Positions 10,045 through 20,128 of a stretch of 53,485 nucleotides of DNA are shown here, one piece after another. The position numbers were made by a program, and so were the translations under genes. The notes below the pieces were generated by a model. That model ran no database searches and was not told the origin of the DNA. It saw nothing but the letters and a program-made list of their open reading frames with translations. Positions within the stretch are counted from its first letter, which is position 1; each line of letters opens with the position of its first letter. The stretch comes from a virus (lineage: Duplodnaviria > Caudoviricetes): positions 1 through 53,485 of the IMG/VR virus record IMGVR_UViG_3300023314_000002, one strand, 5' to 3'.

Positions 10045-11900
10045 TAGAATGCAAGTGTTGATGTATTTTTAGGCAATAATGCCCCCATACCATCACCTGT
10101 CACGGCAACGCCTGTCGGCATGTTTTTAAAATCAAACGTCACATTCTTATTTTGATTGTTTGTTTGTACCGCATTTACCATGCCTTGCTGCGCTGCTGCC
10201 TTTGAATTAAGCAACGGCTTAACGCCATAAATATTAGTCGGAATATTTCCTACGCCCTCTCCGTCACTTGTTCCTAAATTGTACCGCGCTTGATTTAATC
10301 CTGTTGAAAGACCTTTAAAAAATTTACCACCCAAAAGAGTAGGCAAATGAGATAGCATTTCAAATACTCTTTGCAAAGGACTCAAAATTGCATCTAAAAT
10401 AACAACACCAATTGCTTTAACGCCACCTATTATTCCATCATTTTTAAAGCCATCAGAAACCATTTTCCAATTATCTTTAACAGAACGTATAAGCGATATT
10501 ATCGCACCCAATGGAGGCACAATAAACCACAAAGCGGTTGTTGCAATTGCACCCCATTCATTCCATTTGCTCACAAGTATTCCCGTTAGGATAATTAATC
10601 CACTAATAGCAACAGCTATTAATCCAATTGGAGAAACGATTATAGCAAAACTTGCAGCTAATCCTGTAACGATAGAAATAACACCTGTTATTGCAGATAC
10701 AGCAAGCAAGAAGCTACCTAAAGCAGCAGCAGCTTTAATTATTCCGCTAAATAGCTTTGGATTTGTTTTTGTCCAGGCAATAAATGACTTAACCAAAGGC
10801 TCTACTTTTGTGGCTATTTTTTCAATAATAGGCAACAGAACTTCACCTACTTTTATAGCCAAATTTTGAGCTTGGTTTTTCATAGCCTCCCATCTTTTTG
10901 CTAAAGTTTGTGACTTTATTTGTGCCTGCAAAGTTGCTTCAGATGTGCCTGTTACACCTTTTGTGTATTCTTTAAACAAATCAATATTTCCTAATAAAAT
11001 CTTTCCTGTTGAAATATTTTCAGCTCCAAATAACTTTAATATAGCAGCATCTTTTTCTTTTGCTGTTCTTAATTTGTCAATACGATTTTTGCTTTCTAAA
11101 AGCGCATCATTTATAGCAAATTGTCCACTCTTATAGCCAACACCTGCCTGTTGTAATTTCAATAAAGAACCTCTTAATTTTGTTCCGGCTTCAGCACCAA
11201 ATAATGAATATTTACTAAGTACTTGTACTGCTCCAACAGCCTGCTCAACGCTTAAATTAGCACCTGCAGCAACAGATCCAAAATTTACCATAGCATCAGC
11301 AGTCTGTGCAATTGATGCAGCACCAACTTTTGCACCTGCTGCCAATACATTTATCGTTCGTCCTGACTCGCTTGCACCTAAACTAAATTGATTCATCATT
11401 CCTGTTAAAGAACGAATTGAACTTTCTAAATCTTCACCACTTGCTTTTGACAAAGTGATTGCTGCAGAACTCACCTGACCTAAAGCAGCAGCACTATTTA
11501 ATAGCTCCGGAATAGCAGAACCTGCCAACTCAAATGCCTTAGCCGTTTCTCCATAAGCCATTTTCTGTGCATCTGCAACTTCTTCAACTTTTGATTTAAA
11601 CTTGGTTAACTCACCACCTGTTGCACCTGTAATTGCAGACAAAGAAGCTATAGATGTTTCGTAATCCATAGCTGACTTGACAGCATATGCCAATGGTGCA
11701 ACGATAGCAGCACCTGCGATACCTGTTGCTACAGATACTTGCTTTGTAACATCAGAAATACCACGCATCGACCTCTGAAGTCTTGCAATATTTGCTTCAC
11801 TCGCACTTGTAAACGACTTTACATTTTTACCCATACCATCCAACACCGAACTAAATTTGTCGATAGCTGTGAAAATAGTGGGTACTTTTAAAGTCGTCAT
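10044..11900 (-). CDS. Tail tape measure protein (TP901-like core)
   Basis: 618 aa, Ala/Gly-rich helical; AIDKFS N-terminus, GAEAGTKLR motif, hydrophobic segments. Confidence 0.95.
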   Translation of the reverse strand: MTTLKVPTIFTAIDKFSSVLDGMGKNVKSFTSASEANIARLQRSMRGISDVTKQVSVATGIAGAAIVAPLAYAVKSAMDYETSIASLSAITGATGGELTKFKSKVEEVADAQKMAYGETAKAFELAGSAIPELLNSAAALGQVSSAAITLSKASGEDLESSIRSLTGMMNQFSLGASESGRTINVLAAGAKVGAASIAQTADAMVNFGSVAAGANLSVEQAVGAVQVLSKYSLFGAEAGTKLRGSLLKLQQAGVGYKSGQFAINDALLESKNRIDKLRTAKEKDAAILKLFGAENISTGKILLGNIDLFKEYTKGVTGTSEATLQAQIKSQTLAKRWEAMKNQAQNLAIKVGEVLLPIIEKIATKVEPLVKSFIAWTKTNPKLFSGIIKAAAALGSFLLAVSAITGVISIVTGLAASFAIIVSPIGLIAVAISGLIILTGILVSKWNEWGAIATTALWFIVPPLGAIISLIRSVKDNWKMVSDGFKNDGIIGGVKAIGVVILDAILSPLQRVFEMLSHLPTLLGGKFFKGLSTGLNQARYNLGTSDGEGVGNIPTNIYGVKPLLNSKAAAQQGMVNAVQTNNQNKNVTFDFKNMPTGVAVTGDGMGALLPKNTSTLAF

Positions 11901-12465
11901 TTAGTCAATTCTTTGTTTACTTTTACTGCATCTTCATACCAATAGTCTAATCCGTAATAATCAATATCGTCTAAAAAAAAAGTATCAATTACCTTAGGCG
12001 GAAATTGATACATTCTTACTACTGATTTTATTGTATTGTTTAAATTGTCAATATGTATAATATTTCCATCGGTTAGATAAAAAAAATTGCGATAGCCTGT
12101 CCAACTGCATAATCTTCTGAGTCCAATACGCCAATTGTAGCACTTGGAAATCCTGTCAACGCACTAATATAGGCACTAATCATACCACCTAAATTGTCAG
12201 ACTTAACACCGTTTAATTTAGAATGAATTTCCTTAATTGGAATACGCGGCTTATATTTCAATTCCATCGTTTGTTCATCGCCATCAATCGGAAATTTCAA
12301 TTTTTGAGTGAAAGTAAAATCACTATTCAATATCAAATCGCCATCACAAACAGCATTTATAAGAGCCTCAATGCTATCTTTTTTATCAATACGCTTACGC
12401 TCGTTTATCTTCTTATAAGATAACCATTTTTCTACTTCTACTTTTGCTACTTCTACTGCAATCAT
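11897..12465 (-). CDS. Tail assembly chaperone, long form via predicted -1 programmed frameshift (about 189 aa)
   Basis: T8 run at 12079..12086; the -1 frame is open (YLTDGNII..YWYEDAVKVNKELTK) to a TGA overlapping the tape-measure ATG. Confidence 0.75.
12073..12465 (-). CDS. Tail assembly chaperone, short form
   Basis: Between tube and tape measure; ends ISALTG..LDSEDY..FFI like P2 gpE / Mu gp41. Confidence 0.85.
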   Translation of the reverse strand: MIAVEVAKVEVEKWLSYKKINERKRIDKKDSIEALINAVCDGDLILNSDFTFTQKLKFPIDGDEQTMELKYKPRIPIKEIHSKLNGVKSDNLGGMISAYISALTGFPSATIGVLDSEDYAVGQAIAIFFI

Positions 12466-12878
12466 TATCCTGATATTTTTTTAAGTTTTCCGCCACCACT
12501 TACTTTTAAAGTAAAAGTTGCAGCGTTTCCATTTCCTTGCATATCGCCAACAGGTGCGCCTTTGCCACCATAAACAGTACCGTTAATTGACGTGAATGTC
12601 CAATCTGCTTCTACCGGATCGCCTGCTAAAGCTGTCATTTTTTCCAAATCAGTTCTTGTGTTAGCATCCCAGGCAACCGTTACCTCAAAAGACCAACGTG
12701 CGTTATTCATTTGACGAATATTGTCACCACTTCCGGCAACCATATTAGCATCATCGTTTCCGCGAAATCCGCCTAAGTCATAAGTAGAATCTTCCGCAGA
12801 TTTAGGCAAAAAACGACCTGAACCCAAAGTTGCATGATTGTAAGTTACCTCTAAAATATCTCCGCCTATTGATGCCAT
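12465..12878 (-). CDS. Tail tube protein
   Basis: 137 aa, beta-rich, directly after the sheath gene. Confidence 0.85.
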   Translation of the reverse strand: MASIGGDILEVTYNHATLGSGRFLPKSAEDSTYDLGGFRGNDDANMVAGSGDNIRQMNNARWSFEVTVAWDANTRTDLEKMTALAGDPVEADWTFTSINGTVYGGKGAPVGDMQGNGNAATFTLKVSGGGKLKKISG

Positions 12879-12885
12879 TTATGTA

Positions 12886-14400
12886 TTAGTTTAAAGTTCC
12901 GAAATTAAATCCTGCTTCCGCAGTTGTTGAAGAAATGCGGTCAAATCCGCTTCTTTTATATCTAAAGAATGTTTCTAAACGGTCGGGATTCGTTGTGCTT
13001 AAATTTACTGTTGTTGATGCCTGTGAAAAATCGGAATCTACAATTAATGCGCGCTGAACCAACTCCAGGAACATATTAAATATTACCTGTTTCCATTGCT
13101 TTGGCTTAACCACTTTATCAACTGATACAATATCTGTATCGCGAGCAATCGCATGGTCAACAACGTTAATTTGTTCTAATAAATAGTAAGTATATCTTAC
13201 ATTAAAATCAAGAACAAGATTACGACAATATCTAAATTGTGGCGGATTTTCACCAATTGGATGATAAGTAGTTACAAAGTCTTCTACTTGATAAAAACCT
13301 GCTGACAAACTAACCGTTGAACATCCTTTTTTTACAAAAGCATCACGGTTTTCATAAATATTCATCGCACCAATATTAATAGGCGTTGGCATGTCAGGAT
13401 ATTTCCTGCCAGCAACATCTAAATGCGGTGTATCTTGGTTTACTCTTGCAAATAAAACAGCCATGTTAGCTGCTGCTTCAAAATGATAGCCTTTGCTTAA
13501 TGGTGCAGGACAAATAGCAATTGTTACTTGTTCTTTTCTTGCATCAGTTACGGTTGCTTCTTCTTCCAAAACAGAACCTGTCAACGCAATAAAAGGCTTC
13601 ATAACAATTCCGCGATAACGTCCTGTTGGATTATCTTGGTCTGGTCTTCCGTTGAAACTTTCTAAAGTTTGCATAACAGCAGACTGAACACCATAACCGT
13701 TAACAACTATTGTTATCCATTCGTTTCCAAATTGATCTAAAGCTGATTGAACGCTTGGTGTTCCTGCACCACTTTGTGTGCTTCCAATAGTATATGTAAT
13801 ACCTAAATCGTCAGTAGCTGTATCAACAGAAACATTAGTTCCGTCAGCCGTTAAGCCTTTCCATTTAGTAGTAAGAATAGCTTTGTAAGAATCATCTGTA
13901 GCAATTACAGGTGATGCTAAAGTATTATTTACTGCATCGTAAATCTTAGCAGTAATTTCAGATGTTGAGTCGCCAATTTCTAAATTAATATCGTAAAAAT
14001 TACCATCTACACCATCTCTTCCACTTATGAAAACTCGGTGTGTTCCATTTTTTGTAACTACACCTGTTGGTGTAATTGTCAAAACTTTTGCCGTTGCTCC
14101 ATCTGGTGTTATCTGAGGATAAATAACAACAGGAATGCCTCCAACTCCATCACTTGACACAGGCAAAACAATACGTGACATCAAATGAATAGGAGAACCA
14201 TAACCATATAAATCACCTGCTTGTTTAGAAGTAGTAATTTGTTTGCCTGTAATGTCTAAATTCGTTTGATTTGCTGTATTTGCTTCGCCAATGATTGCGA
14301 TTTTTTGCGGTAGATTTGGTGAAACTTCTCTAAAGTCGCCTTTAGTTATCTTGTAGCCAACGACTCTTGAAATTAATTCTGTACCTACTGCAAAGCTCAT
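12886..14400 (-). CDS. Tail sheath protein, Mu gpL-like
   Basis: PQKIAIIG, YGYGSPIHLM, LTTKWKG, VTTYHP and NPDRL motifs; ATG at 14400 preferred. Confidence 0.92.
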   Translation of the reverse strand: MSFAVGTELISRVVGYKITKGDFREVSPNLPQKIAIIGEANTANQTNLDITGKQITTSKQAGDLYGYGSPIHLMSRIVLPVSSDGVGGIPVVIYPQITPDGATAKVLTITPTGVVTKNGTHRVFISGRDGVDGNFYDINLEIGDSTSEITAKIYDAVNNTLASPVIATDDSYKAILTTKWKGLTADGTNVSVDTATDDLGITYTIGSTQSGAGTPSVQSALDQFGNEWITIVVNGYGVQSAVMQTLESFNGRPDQDNPTGRYRGIVMKPFIALTGSVLEEEATVTDARKEQVTIAICPAPLSKGYHFEAAANMAVLFARVNQDTPHLDVAGRKYPDMPTPINIGAMNIYENRDAFVKKGCSTVSLSAGFYQVEDFVTTYHPIGENPPQFRYCRNLVLDFNVRYTYYLLEQINVVDHAIARDTDIVSVDKVVKPKQWKQVIFNMFLELVQRALIVDSDFSQASTTVNLSTTNPDRLETFFRYKRSGFDRISSTTAEAGFNFGTLN

Positions 14401-14407
14401 AATGGAT

Positions 14408-14492
14408 ATTATTGGAAGCAAATATGAAAGTAAATTTCACTTACTTAAAATAATGTTGGTCTTTTCTTGGTTTTTTTGTTATGTTTGTAGAA
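14408..14492. promoter_or_regulatory. 85-bp direct repeat copy 2, probable bidirectional promoter
   Basis: 83/85 identical to 1014..1098; sits between the divergent sheath gene and glycosyltransferase operon. Confidence 0.8.
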
Positions 14493-15139
14493 TGAAAATA
14501 GGCGTTATAATTCCCGATCGTGGTGATAGACCAGAATTTATGAAGAATTGCTTACGAATGTTAGCATCACAAACAATTAAACCTGCCATAATTGAAGTAA
14601 TTAACGACCTACCTTTAAGCGAGGAAAAGGATATTACTTTACGTTATCGAATTGGTTACGAAAAATTAAGAAACAAAGGAATAGATGTAATAGCTTTAAT
14701 TGAAAATGATGATTGGTATGCACCTGAATATCTTGAAGTAATGTATAATAAATGGTTAGAGCTTGGGAAACCTGAATTGCTTGGTCAATCATATACTATT
14801 TACTACCATATAAAAGAACGTGCTTTTTTTACAATGAACCACCCTGAACGTTCAAGCGCAATGAATACTTTTATTAAACCTGACTTAAATTTTAGTTGGT
14901 GTGTTGATAACGATCCGTACACAGATTTACATTTATGGTTACGGAGTGGATTAAAAGGTGAAATATTTACACCAAAATCGCATATTTGTTTAGGAATTAA
15001 ACATGGTACAGGTCTTTGCGGTGGTGTAAACCATGTTGATGATATGCACCGATTTACAAATAGAGATTCAAATATGACTTTTTTAAATCAAGTTATGGAT
15101 TCGCAAAGTTTTAATTTTTACTCAAAATACTTTAAATGA
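14492..15139 (+). CDS. Glycosyltransferase, GT-A fold (GT2-like)
   Basis: IGVIIPDRGDR start and IENDDWY motif; true start probably ATG 14492, since the upstream extension is the repeat. Confidence 0.8.
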   Translation: MKIGVIIPDRGDRPEFMKNCLRMLASQTIKPAIIEVINDLPLSEEKDITLRYRIGYEKLRNKGIDVIALIENDDWYAPEYLEVMYNKWLELGKPELLGQSYTIYYHIKERAFFTMNHPERSSAMNTFIKPDLNFSWCVDNDPYTDLHLWLRSGLKGEIFTPKSHICLGIKHGTGLCGGVNHVDDMHRFTNRDSNMTFLNQVMDSQSFNFYSKYFK

Positions 15140-15834
15140 AAATATCACTAATACACCCATCGCGCGGACGTGCTGAAAAAGCAAAAGCCACTTATGATAA
15201 TTGGATGCAAAAAGCATCTGGTGAAATCGAGATTGAATACATATTATCATTAGATTTAGATGATAATTATGATGAATACAAGAGAGTATTTGGTGAACAT
15301 TATAATTGTGTTTTAGCTTTTAATAAAAATTTAGTTGAAGCTGCAAACGTTGGTGTTTCCTATTCACATGGAGATTTAATAATTTTAATTTCAGATGACT
15401 TTGAATGTTTTGATTTATGGGATGCGACCTTAAAAAACTTTTTAGTAGGCAAAAAAGATTTCGTTCTAAAAACTTTTGATGGTATTCAAGATTGGATAGT
15501 AACACTACCGATAATGGATAGAGTTTACTACAAAAAACAAGGCTACTTATACTATCCTGAATATCATCACATGTTCTGCGATACAGACCTTACACATAAA
15601 TCGGAGTTGCAAGGAAAATTAATTATCAGAAATGATTTACTGTTTAAGCATAATCATTACTCTGTTGGCGGTTGCAAAAAAGATGCTATAAATATTAAAG
15701 CAGATGCTACTTGCGCAAAAGGTGAATCATTATATTTACAACGTGTGAAAAATAATTTTGGTTTAACTGAAAATACCTGTTCATTAAGCGATAACGCAAA
15801 TTCACATATTAATTGGTTAAAAAATAAACTATGA
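15136..15834 (+). CDS. Glycosyltransferase, GT2-like
   Basis: ISLIHPSRGR, ISDDF and FCDTD motifs. Confidence 0.82.
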   Translation: MKISLIHPSRGRAEKAKATYDNWMQKASGEIEIEYILSLDLDDNYDEYKRVFGEHYNCVLAFNKNLVEAANVGVSYSHGDLIILISDDFECFDLWDATLKNFLVGKKDFVLKTFDGIQDWIVTLPIMDRVYYKKQGYLYYPEYHHMFCDTDLTHKSELQGKLIIRNDLLFKHNHYSVGGCKKDAINIKADATCAKGESLYLQRVKNNFGLTENTCSLSDNANSHINWLKNKL

Positions 15835-16403
15835 AATTATCTATTTTAATACTGACTATTGAAAAAAGGAAACATTTTTTGAATGATTTACTAAATCAAC
15901 TTACTGAACAAGCAAAAGACGAATTAAACAATACAGTTGAAATTATTATAAATAGTGATGAAAACCTAAGTATCGGTTGTAAAAGAAACAATCTTTTGGA
16001 AAGCGCAAAAGGAGAATATCTTTGTTTTTTTGATGACGATGATTTACCAAGCAAAGATTATATTAGCACACTATTAGAAGCCATTAAATCTAATCCTGAC
16101 TGCGTATCTTTGCGTGGAATAATGACAACAAATGGCTCAAATCCTGAAATATTTGAACATTCGATTAGATATAGCGAATATAAAACAAATGAAAATGCAA
16201 TTTATCCTGAAGTTAAATACGAAAGATTCCCGAATCATATTTCTTGTTTAAAATCAAGTATAGCAAAGTTATTCAAATTCCCAGAATGCAATCATGGAGA
16301 AGATACAGATTTTGCTACGCAGATTTATAAATTAGGATTGCTTAAAAATGAATATTATACCGACAAAATTCTCTACTACTATAAATACGTAACCAATAAA
16401 TGA
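15831..16403 (+). CDS. Glycosyltransferase family 2
   Basis: LSILILT, KRN..L..AKGEYLCFFDDDD and GEDTDF motifs. Confidence 0.9.
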   Translation: MKLSILILTIEKRKHFLNDLLNQLTEQAKDELNNTVEIIINSDENLSIGCKRNNLLESAKGEYLCFFDDDDLPSKDYISTLLEAIKSNPDCVSLRGIMTTNGSNPEIFEHSIRYSEYKTNENAIYPEVKYERFPNHISCLKSSIAKLFKFPECNHGEDTDFATQIYKLGLLKNEYYTDKILYYYKYVTNK

Positions 16404-17101
16404 AATTACAACTACCAACGGTAACACTTGTTTGCATTGATTGCGTTAATTCAGAACGCGCTAAAGATGTTTTGGAAATTTGCAAAAGCAAAGTTGATTT
16501 TGGTGACGTAAAATTACTTACAAGCCAAGCTATTTACTATAAGCATAGTGTAGAAATTCAACCATTAGAATCTTTGGTAATGTATTCTGTTTTTTGCCTT
16601 ACTGAATTATACAAATACATAAACACAACTCATTTGTTAATAGTACAACGTGACGGATTTATACTTAATCCGCAATCGTTTAGAATAGAATGGTTGGATT
16701 TAGATTATATTGCACCGTTATTTATTCAGTACGATAAAGTTGGTAGCGGTGGTTTTTCATTGCGTTCTAAACGCTTAATGGAATATTCAGCACACGTTTT
16801 ACCAAAGTGGGACGGCACTTTAGAACACGCAGAATACTTACAAGTTGGATTAGCCTATTATGAAGATGGTGTGCTGTGTTTTGATAAGAAGTTTAATCAC
16901 TTTAATTTTGCAACAAAAGAACAAGCGTGTGGCTTTGCGCAAGGTGGCAATCGTAATCCTGAATATTTTTGCGAACTGCCGTTTGGCTTCCACAGAACGT
17001 GGCAACAAATAGATTTTGAAACAGGCAAAGTAGATAGTAGCGATTTAAGTAAAGACTTAACACAAAGTTACGATAGTGAAATTGAAAAATTAATACAATG
17101 A
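16400..17101 (+). CDS. DUF5672-family putative glycosyltransferase
   Basis: LIVQRDGF, DYIAP, VGSGGFSLRSK, ED and PFGFH motifs. Confidence 0.8.
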   Translation: MKLQLPTVTLVCIDCVNSERAKDVLEICKSKVDFGDVKLLTSQAIYYKHSVEIQPLESLVMYSVFCLTELYKYINTTHLLIVQRDGFILNPQSFRIEWLDLDYIAPLFIQYDKVGSGGFSLRSKRLMEYSAHVLPKWDGTLEHAEYLQVGLAYYEDGVLCFDKKFNHFNFATKEQACGFAQGGNRNPEYFCELPFGFHRTWQQIDFETGKVDSSDLSKDLTQSYDSEIEKLIQ

Positions 17102-17946
17102 TATATTTAGAAAAAAATGACATTCATGCAACGATTTGTACATGGATTTATTGTCACTTTTGGCAAATGTGGAGTGCAGAAAAACAAGGTAAAAGTTGTT
17201 ATATAAATTGGCACGGTGGCGAAAATAATCACCTAATAGATTTAAATGACAGCCAAAAGTTTGCGGAAATACCAAATATGTATGACTGGTATTTTGTGCA
17301 ACCAAATAAAAAAGAAACAGCTACTGAAATTTGGACTTGGGAGCATTGGCAAGATACTTCACCTGTACCATTTATGGCGCAACCATTATCAGTAATTAAA
17401 GACTATTATAAAAAGAATCTTATTTTTAACGATATTGTAAATAAAAGAGGACAGGAATTAGTAGAGAAATACGGAATAGATTTTAGTAAAATAATCGGTA
17501 TTTCATGGCGTGGAACTGATAATGTAACAGATGGTAGGATAACAATGCCTATTGAAAAATACTATAAGTATATTGATATGGCTTTAGAGCAAATTCCTGA
17601 TGCAAGAATTATGTGTACTGCTGAAGAAACAGAAGTATTGCAACCGTTATTAGATAAATATCCACAGGCATTTAATATAGATGAGTTTATTAGTTCACCA
17701 AAAGGAAGTTTGCAAAATCCTGAAAGAAATTCAAACGTATCTGGTTTTGAGCGTGGTATGCAACCGGTACTTATGGTTTGGTTATTTTCTAAATGTGCAT
17801 GGTATATAAAAAATCGCAGTTCAACAGGTGCGGTTGCAAGTTGGCTAAGTGATGGACAAATAGTGTGTTTGGCACACGCAGAAACATTGAACTATGATAA
17901 ATTAGATAACGAAGTTGAAATTAACGGTAAAAGATTTCCTTTATGA
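17098..17946 (+). CDS. Fucosyltransferase-like GT-B enzyme (NodZ/GT23-like)
   Basis: WYFVQP, IGISWRGTD (cf. GVHxRxTD) and LFSKC....RSS motifs. Confidence 0.7.
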   Translation: MIYLEKNDIHATICTWIYCHFWQMWSAEKQGKSCYINWHGGENNHLIDLNDSQKFAEIPNMYDWYFVQPNKKETATEIWTWEHWQDTSPVPFMAQPLSVIKDYYKKNLIFNDIVNKRGQELVEKYGIDFSKIIGISWRGTDNVTDGRITMPIEKYYKYIDMALEQIPDARIMCTAEETEVLQPLLDKYPQAFNIDEFISSPKGSLQNPERNSNVSGFERGMQPVLMVWLFSKCAWYIKNRSSTGAVASWLSDGQIVCLAHAETLNYDKLDNEVEINGKRFPL

Positions 17947-18506
17947 CATTACAAGAAATATATGAAGATTTAAAAACAAAAGGTTTTGAAACTGACAAAG
18001 GCTCGGTTCACAGCTATATACCCGTTTATGAAGAAATACTTGCACCATATAGAAATACTGCTAAATTCGTGCTTGAAATAGGTGTTTTTAAAGGAAATTC
18101 GTTAAGAATGTGGGAAAAATACTTTAATTGTCCTGTTTTTGGTGTGGATTGCGATGAAACTCCACACGATGGAATGGCGGATTTGCGTGAAATGATAGCA
18201 AGTGGTGAGCATTTAATTAAGATTTTTGATGCATCAAATGAAAATGAAGTAAAAGAAAATTTAGGAAACATAAAATTTGATGTAATCATAGAGGATGCAA
18301 ACCACCAACTATCACAACAATTAGAATTATATCGCATTTATAAAGAGTATTTAACTCCAAATGGCATATATATTATTGAAGATGTAGAGGATATTGACGA
18401 AAACAGAGGCGTTTTTAAGAATATAGATAGCGAAAAAACAGTAACAATTTTAGATAGAAGAAATATCAAAGACAGGTTCGATGATGTATTAATAATTATA
18501 AAATAA
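17943..18506 (+). CDS. Class I SAM-dependent methyltransferase, sugar O-methyltransferase-like
   Basis: TDKGSVHSY, VLEIGV, FDVIIEDANH and GIYIIEDV motifs. Confidence 0.85.
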   Translation: MTLQEIYEDLKTKGFETDKGSVHSYIPVYEEILAPYRNTAKFVLEIGVFKGNSLRMWEKYFNCPVFGVDCDETPHDGMADLREMIASGEHLIKIFDASNENEVKENLGNIKFDVIIEDANHQLSQQLELYRIYKEYLTPNGIYIIEDVEDIDENRGVFKNIDSEKTVTILDRRNIKDRFDDVLIIIK

Positions 18507-18511
18507 ATAGC

Positions 18512-19096
18512 ATGTACTCACAAAATCAAGAAGAAAATTACATAACAGAATACTTTTCAGGTCGCACCGGAAAATTTATAGATATTGGTGCTTATGATGT
18601 GTTCAGACTGTCAAATACACGTAAACTTTTTGAGTTAGGTTGGCGTGGAATTTTGGTCGAACCGGACCCAACAAACTATAAATCTATTTCAGATTTTTAT
18701 AAAGACGAACCAAGAATCGAAGTTTTAAATTTTGCAGTTGGAAACTCAAATGAAGATTTGGAATTTCTGTCAAGTGGTGGTGATGCTGTTTCTACTTCGG
18801 TTGTTGAACATGCAGAAAAATGGAAAGGTGCTGGTGTGAAATTTGAAAAGGTAATAGTAAAACAAATGCACGTTGCAGAATTATTAGAATTACATAAAGA
18901 TGCTATTTTTCTAAGTATTGATACAGAATCAACCAACATGCTTGTATTTAATTCTATTCCAGACAACGTATTTGAACAAATAGAAATGTTATGTATAGAA
19001 CACGACAATTGTATTGTTGAAATTGTAAGCAAATTAGAACCTTTTGGATTAAAAACAAAATACCTGAATGCAGAGAATATAATTTTAGCAAAATGA
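18512..19096 (+). CDS. FkbM-family methyltransferase
   Basis: YSQNQEE, FIDIGAYD...SNT, GILVEP and FLSIDTE motifs. Confidence 0.9.
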   Translation: MYSQNQEENYITEYFSGRTGKFIDIGAYDVFRLSNTRKLFELGWRGILVEPDPTNYKSISDFYKDEPRIEVLNFAVGNSNEDLEFLSSGGDAVSTSVVEHAEKWKGAGVKFEKVIVKQMHVAELLELHKDAIFLSIDTESTNMLVFNSIPDNVFEQIEMLCIEHDNCIVEIVSKLEPFGLKTKYLNAENIILAK

Positions 19097-19836
19097 AAAT
19101 TTGCGGAATTTACAATGCATTTGATTCAATAGAATTATTAAAAGGCTCTATGGAATGCCTTAAAAATGATGTAGATTTATTTATAATTATCTATCAAACT
19201 GAATCTAACTATGGTGAAAAATACAACCCTTTGGATGATTTCGATTTTACGAAATATACAAACACAATATGTCACCTTTACACACCAATTAGAGAACGTG
19301 GCGGAGCTTGGAATGAAACAAGAAAAAGGAATATAGGATTAGACATCGCACGTGAACACGGCTGCACACACTTCTTGCACCTTGATTGTGACGAATATTA
19401 CCAAAACTTTGCTGAAGCAAAACAAAAATTCATTGACAGCAAAGCAAAAGGCTCTGTTTGCAAAATACTAACCTACTTTAAAAAGCCAACACTTCGTTTG
19501 GAAAGTCCTGACAATTATTATGTTCCGTTTATTCACAAACTTTACACAAATACAAATTCAGGCTATCAAAATCAAATTATATTTCCATTTTATGCAGATC
19601 CAACACGACTAATTAATGAAGAAAATGTTGTTTTGCTTGACGTTTTCATGCATCATTTTAGTTGGATTAGAAACGACATAGAAAGAAAGGTGCGAAATTC
19701 AAGCGCAAAATCAAACATTGAAAGAAGTAATTTACTTGAAGATTACTATTCTGAAGAAACAAAAGCCGGAACATTCTTAGTTGATTATAACCAAAAACTG
19801 ATTGAAGTAGAAAACATATTCAACTTTAATTTCTGA
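19093..19836 (+). CDS. Glycosyltransferase, GT-A fold
   Basis: KRNIGL, HFLHLDCDEYY (DxD) and MHHFSWIR motifs. Confidence 0.78.
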   Translation: MKICGIYNAFDSIELLKGSMECLKNDVDLFIIIYQTESNYGEKYNPLDDFDFTKYTNTICHLYTPIRERGGAWNETRKRNIGLDIAREHGCTHFLHLDCDEYYQNFAEAKQKFIDSKAKGSVCKILTYFKKPTLRLESPDNYYVPFIHKLYTNTNSGYQNQIIFPFYADPTRLINEENVVLLDVFMHHFSWIRNDIERKVRNSSAKSNIERSNLLEDYYSEETKAGTFLVDYNQKLIEVENIFNFNF

Positions 19837-20104
19837 TTAAAGACAAAGACTCTACCAACGTATCTACATCTCGTTTAGAGGTAATTATATAATTACCTCT
19901 TGAGTCTTTTTGCAACCCTAAGCTTTCAACCCGAATTTCTATTGGAAGGCTATAAACAACTATAGCTCCGTTTATTATCTTCAGAATATCTTCACATTTT
20001 TTGTGATGATAAAAGATACAAGGATCACTTTCACTACCATAGTTAGACTCATCAAAACCAAAATTATCTAAATAATCTCTTAATTCATTTGTTATATTTT
20101 TCAT
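19826..20104 (-). CDS. Hypothetical protein
   Basis: 92-aa ORF after terL, convergent with the glycosyltransferase operon. Confidence 0.6.
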   Translation of the reverse strand: MKNITNELRDYLDNFGFDESNYGSESDPCIFYHHKKCEDILKIINGAIVVYSLPIEIRVESLGLQKDSRGNYIITSKRDVDTLVESLSLIRN

Positions 20105-20128
20105 GTATTTTTTTTACAATATAAATAA

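Noticed and set aside
1014-14492. 85-bp repeat as DGR template/variable repeats, att sites or invertase sites
   Set aside because: No reverse transcriptase or recombinase is present, the copies are intergenic and direct, and only two positions differ
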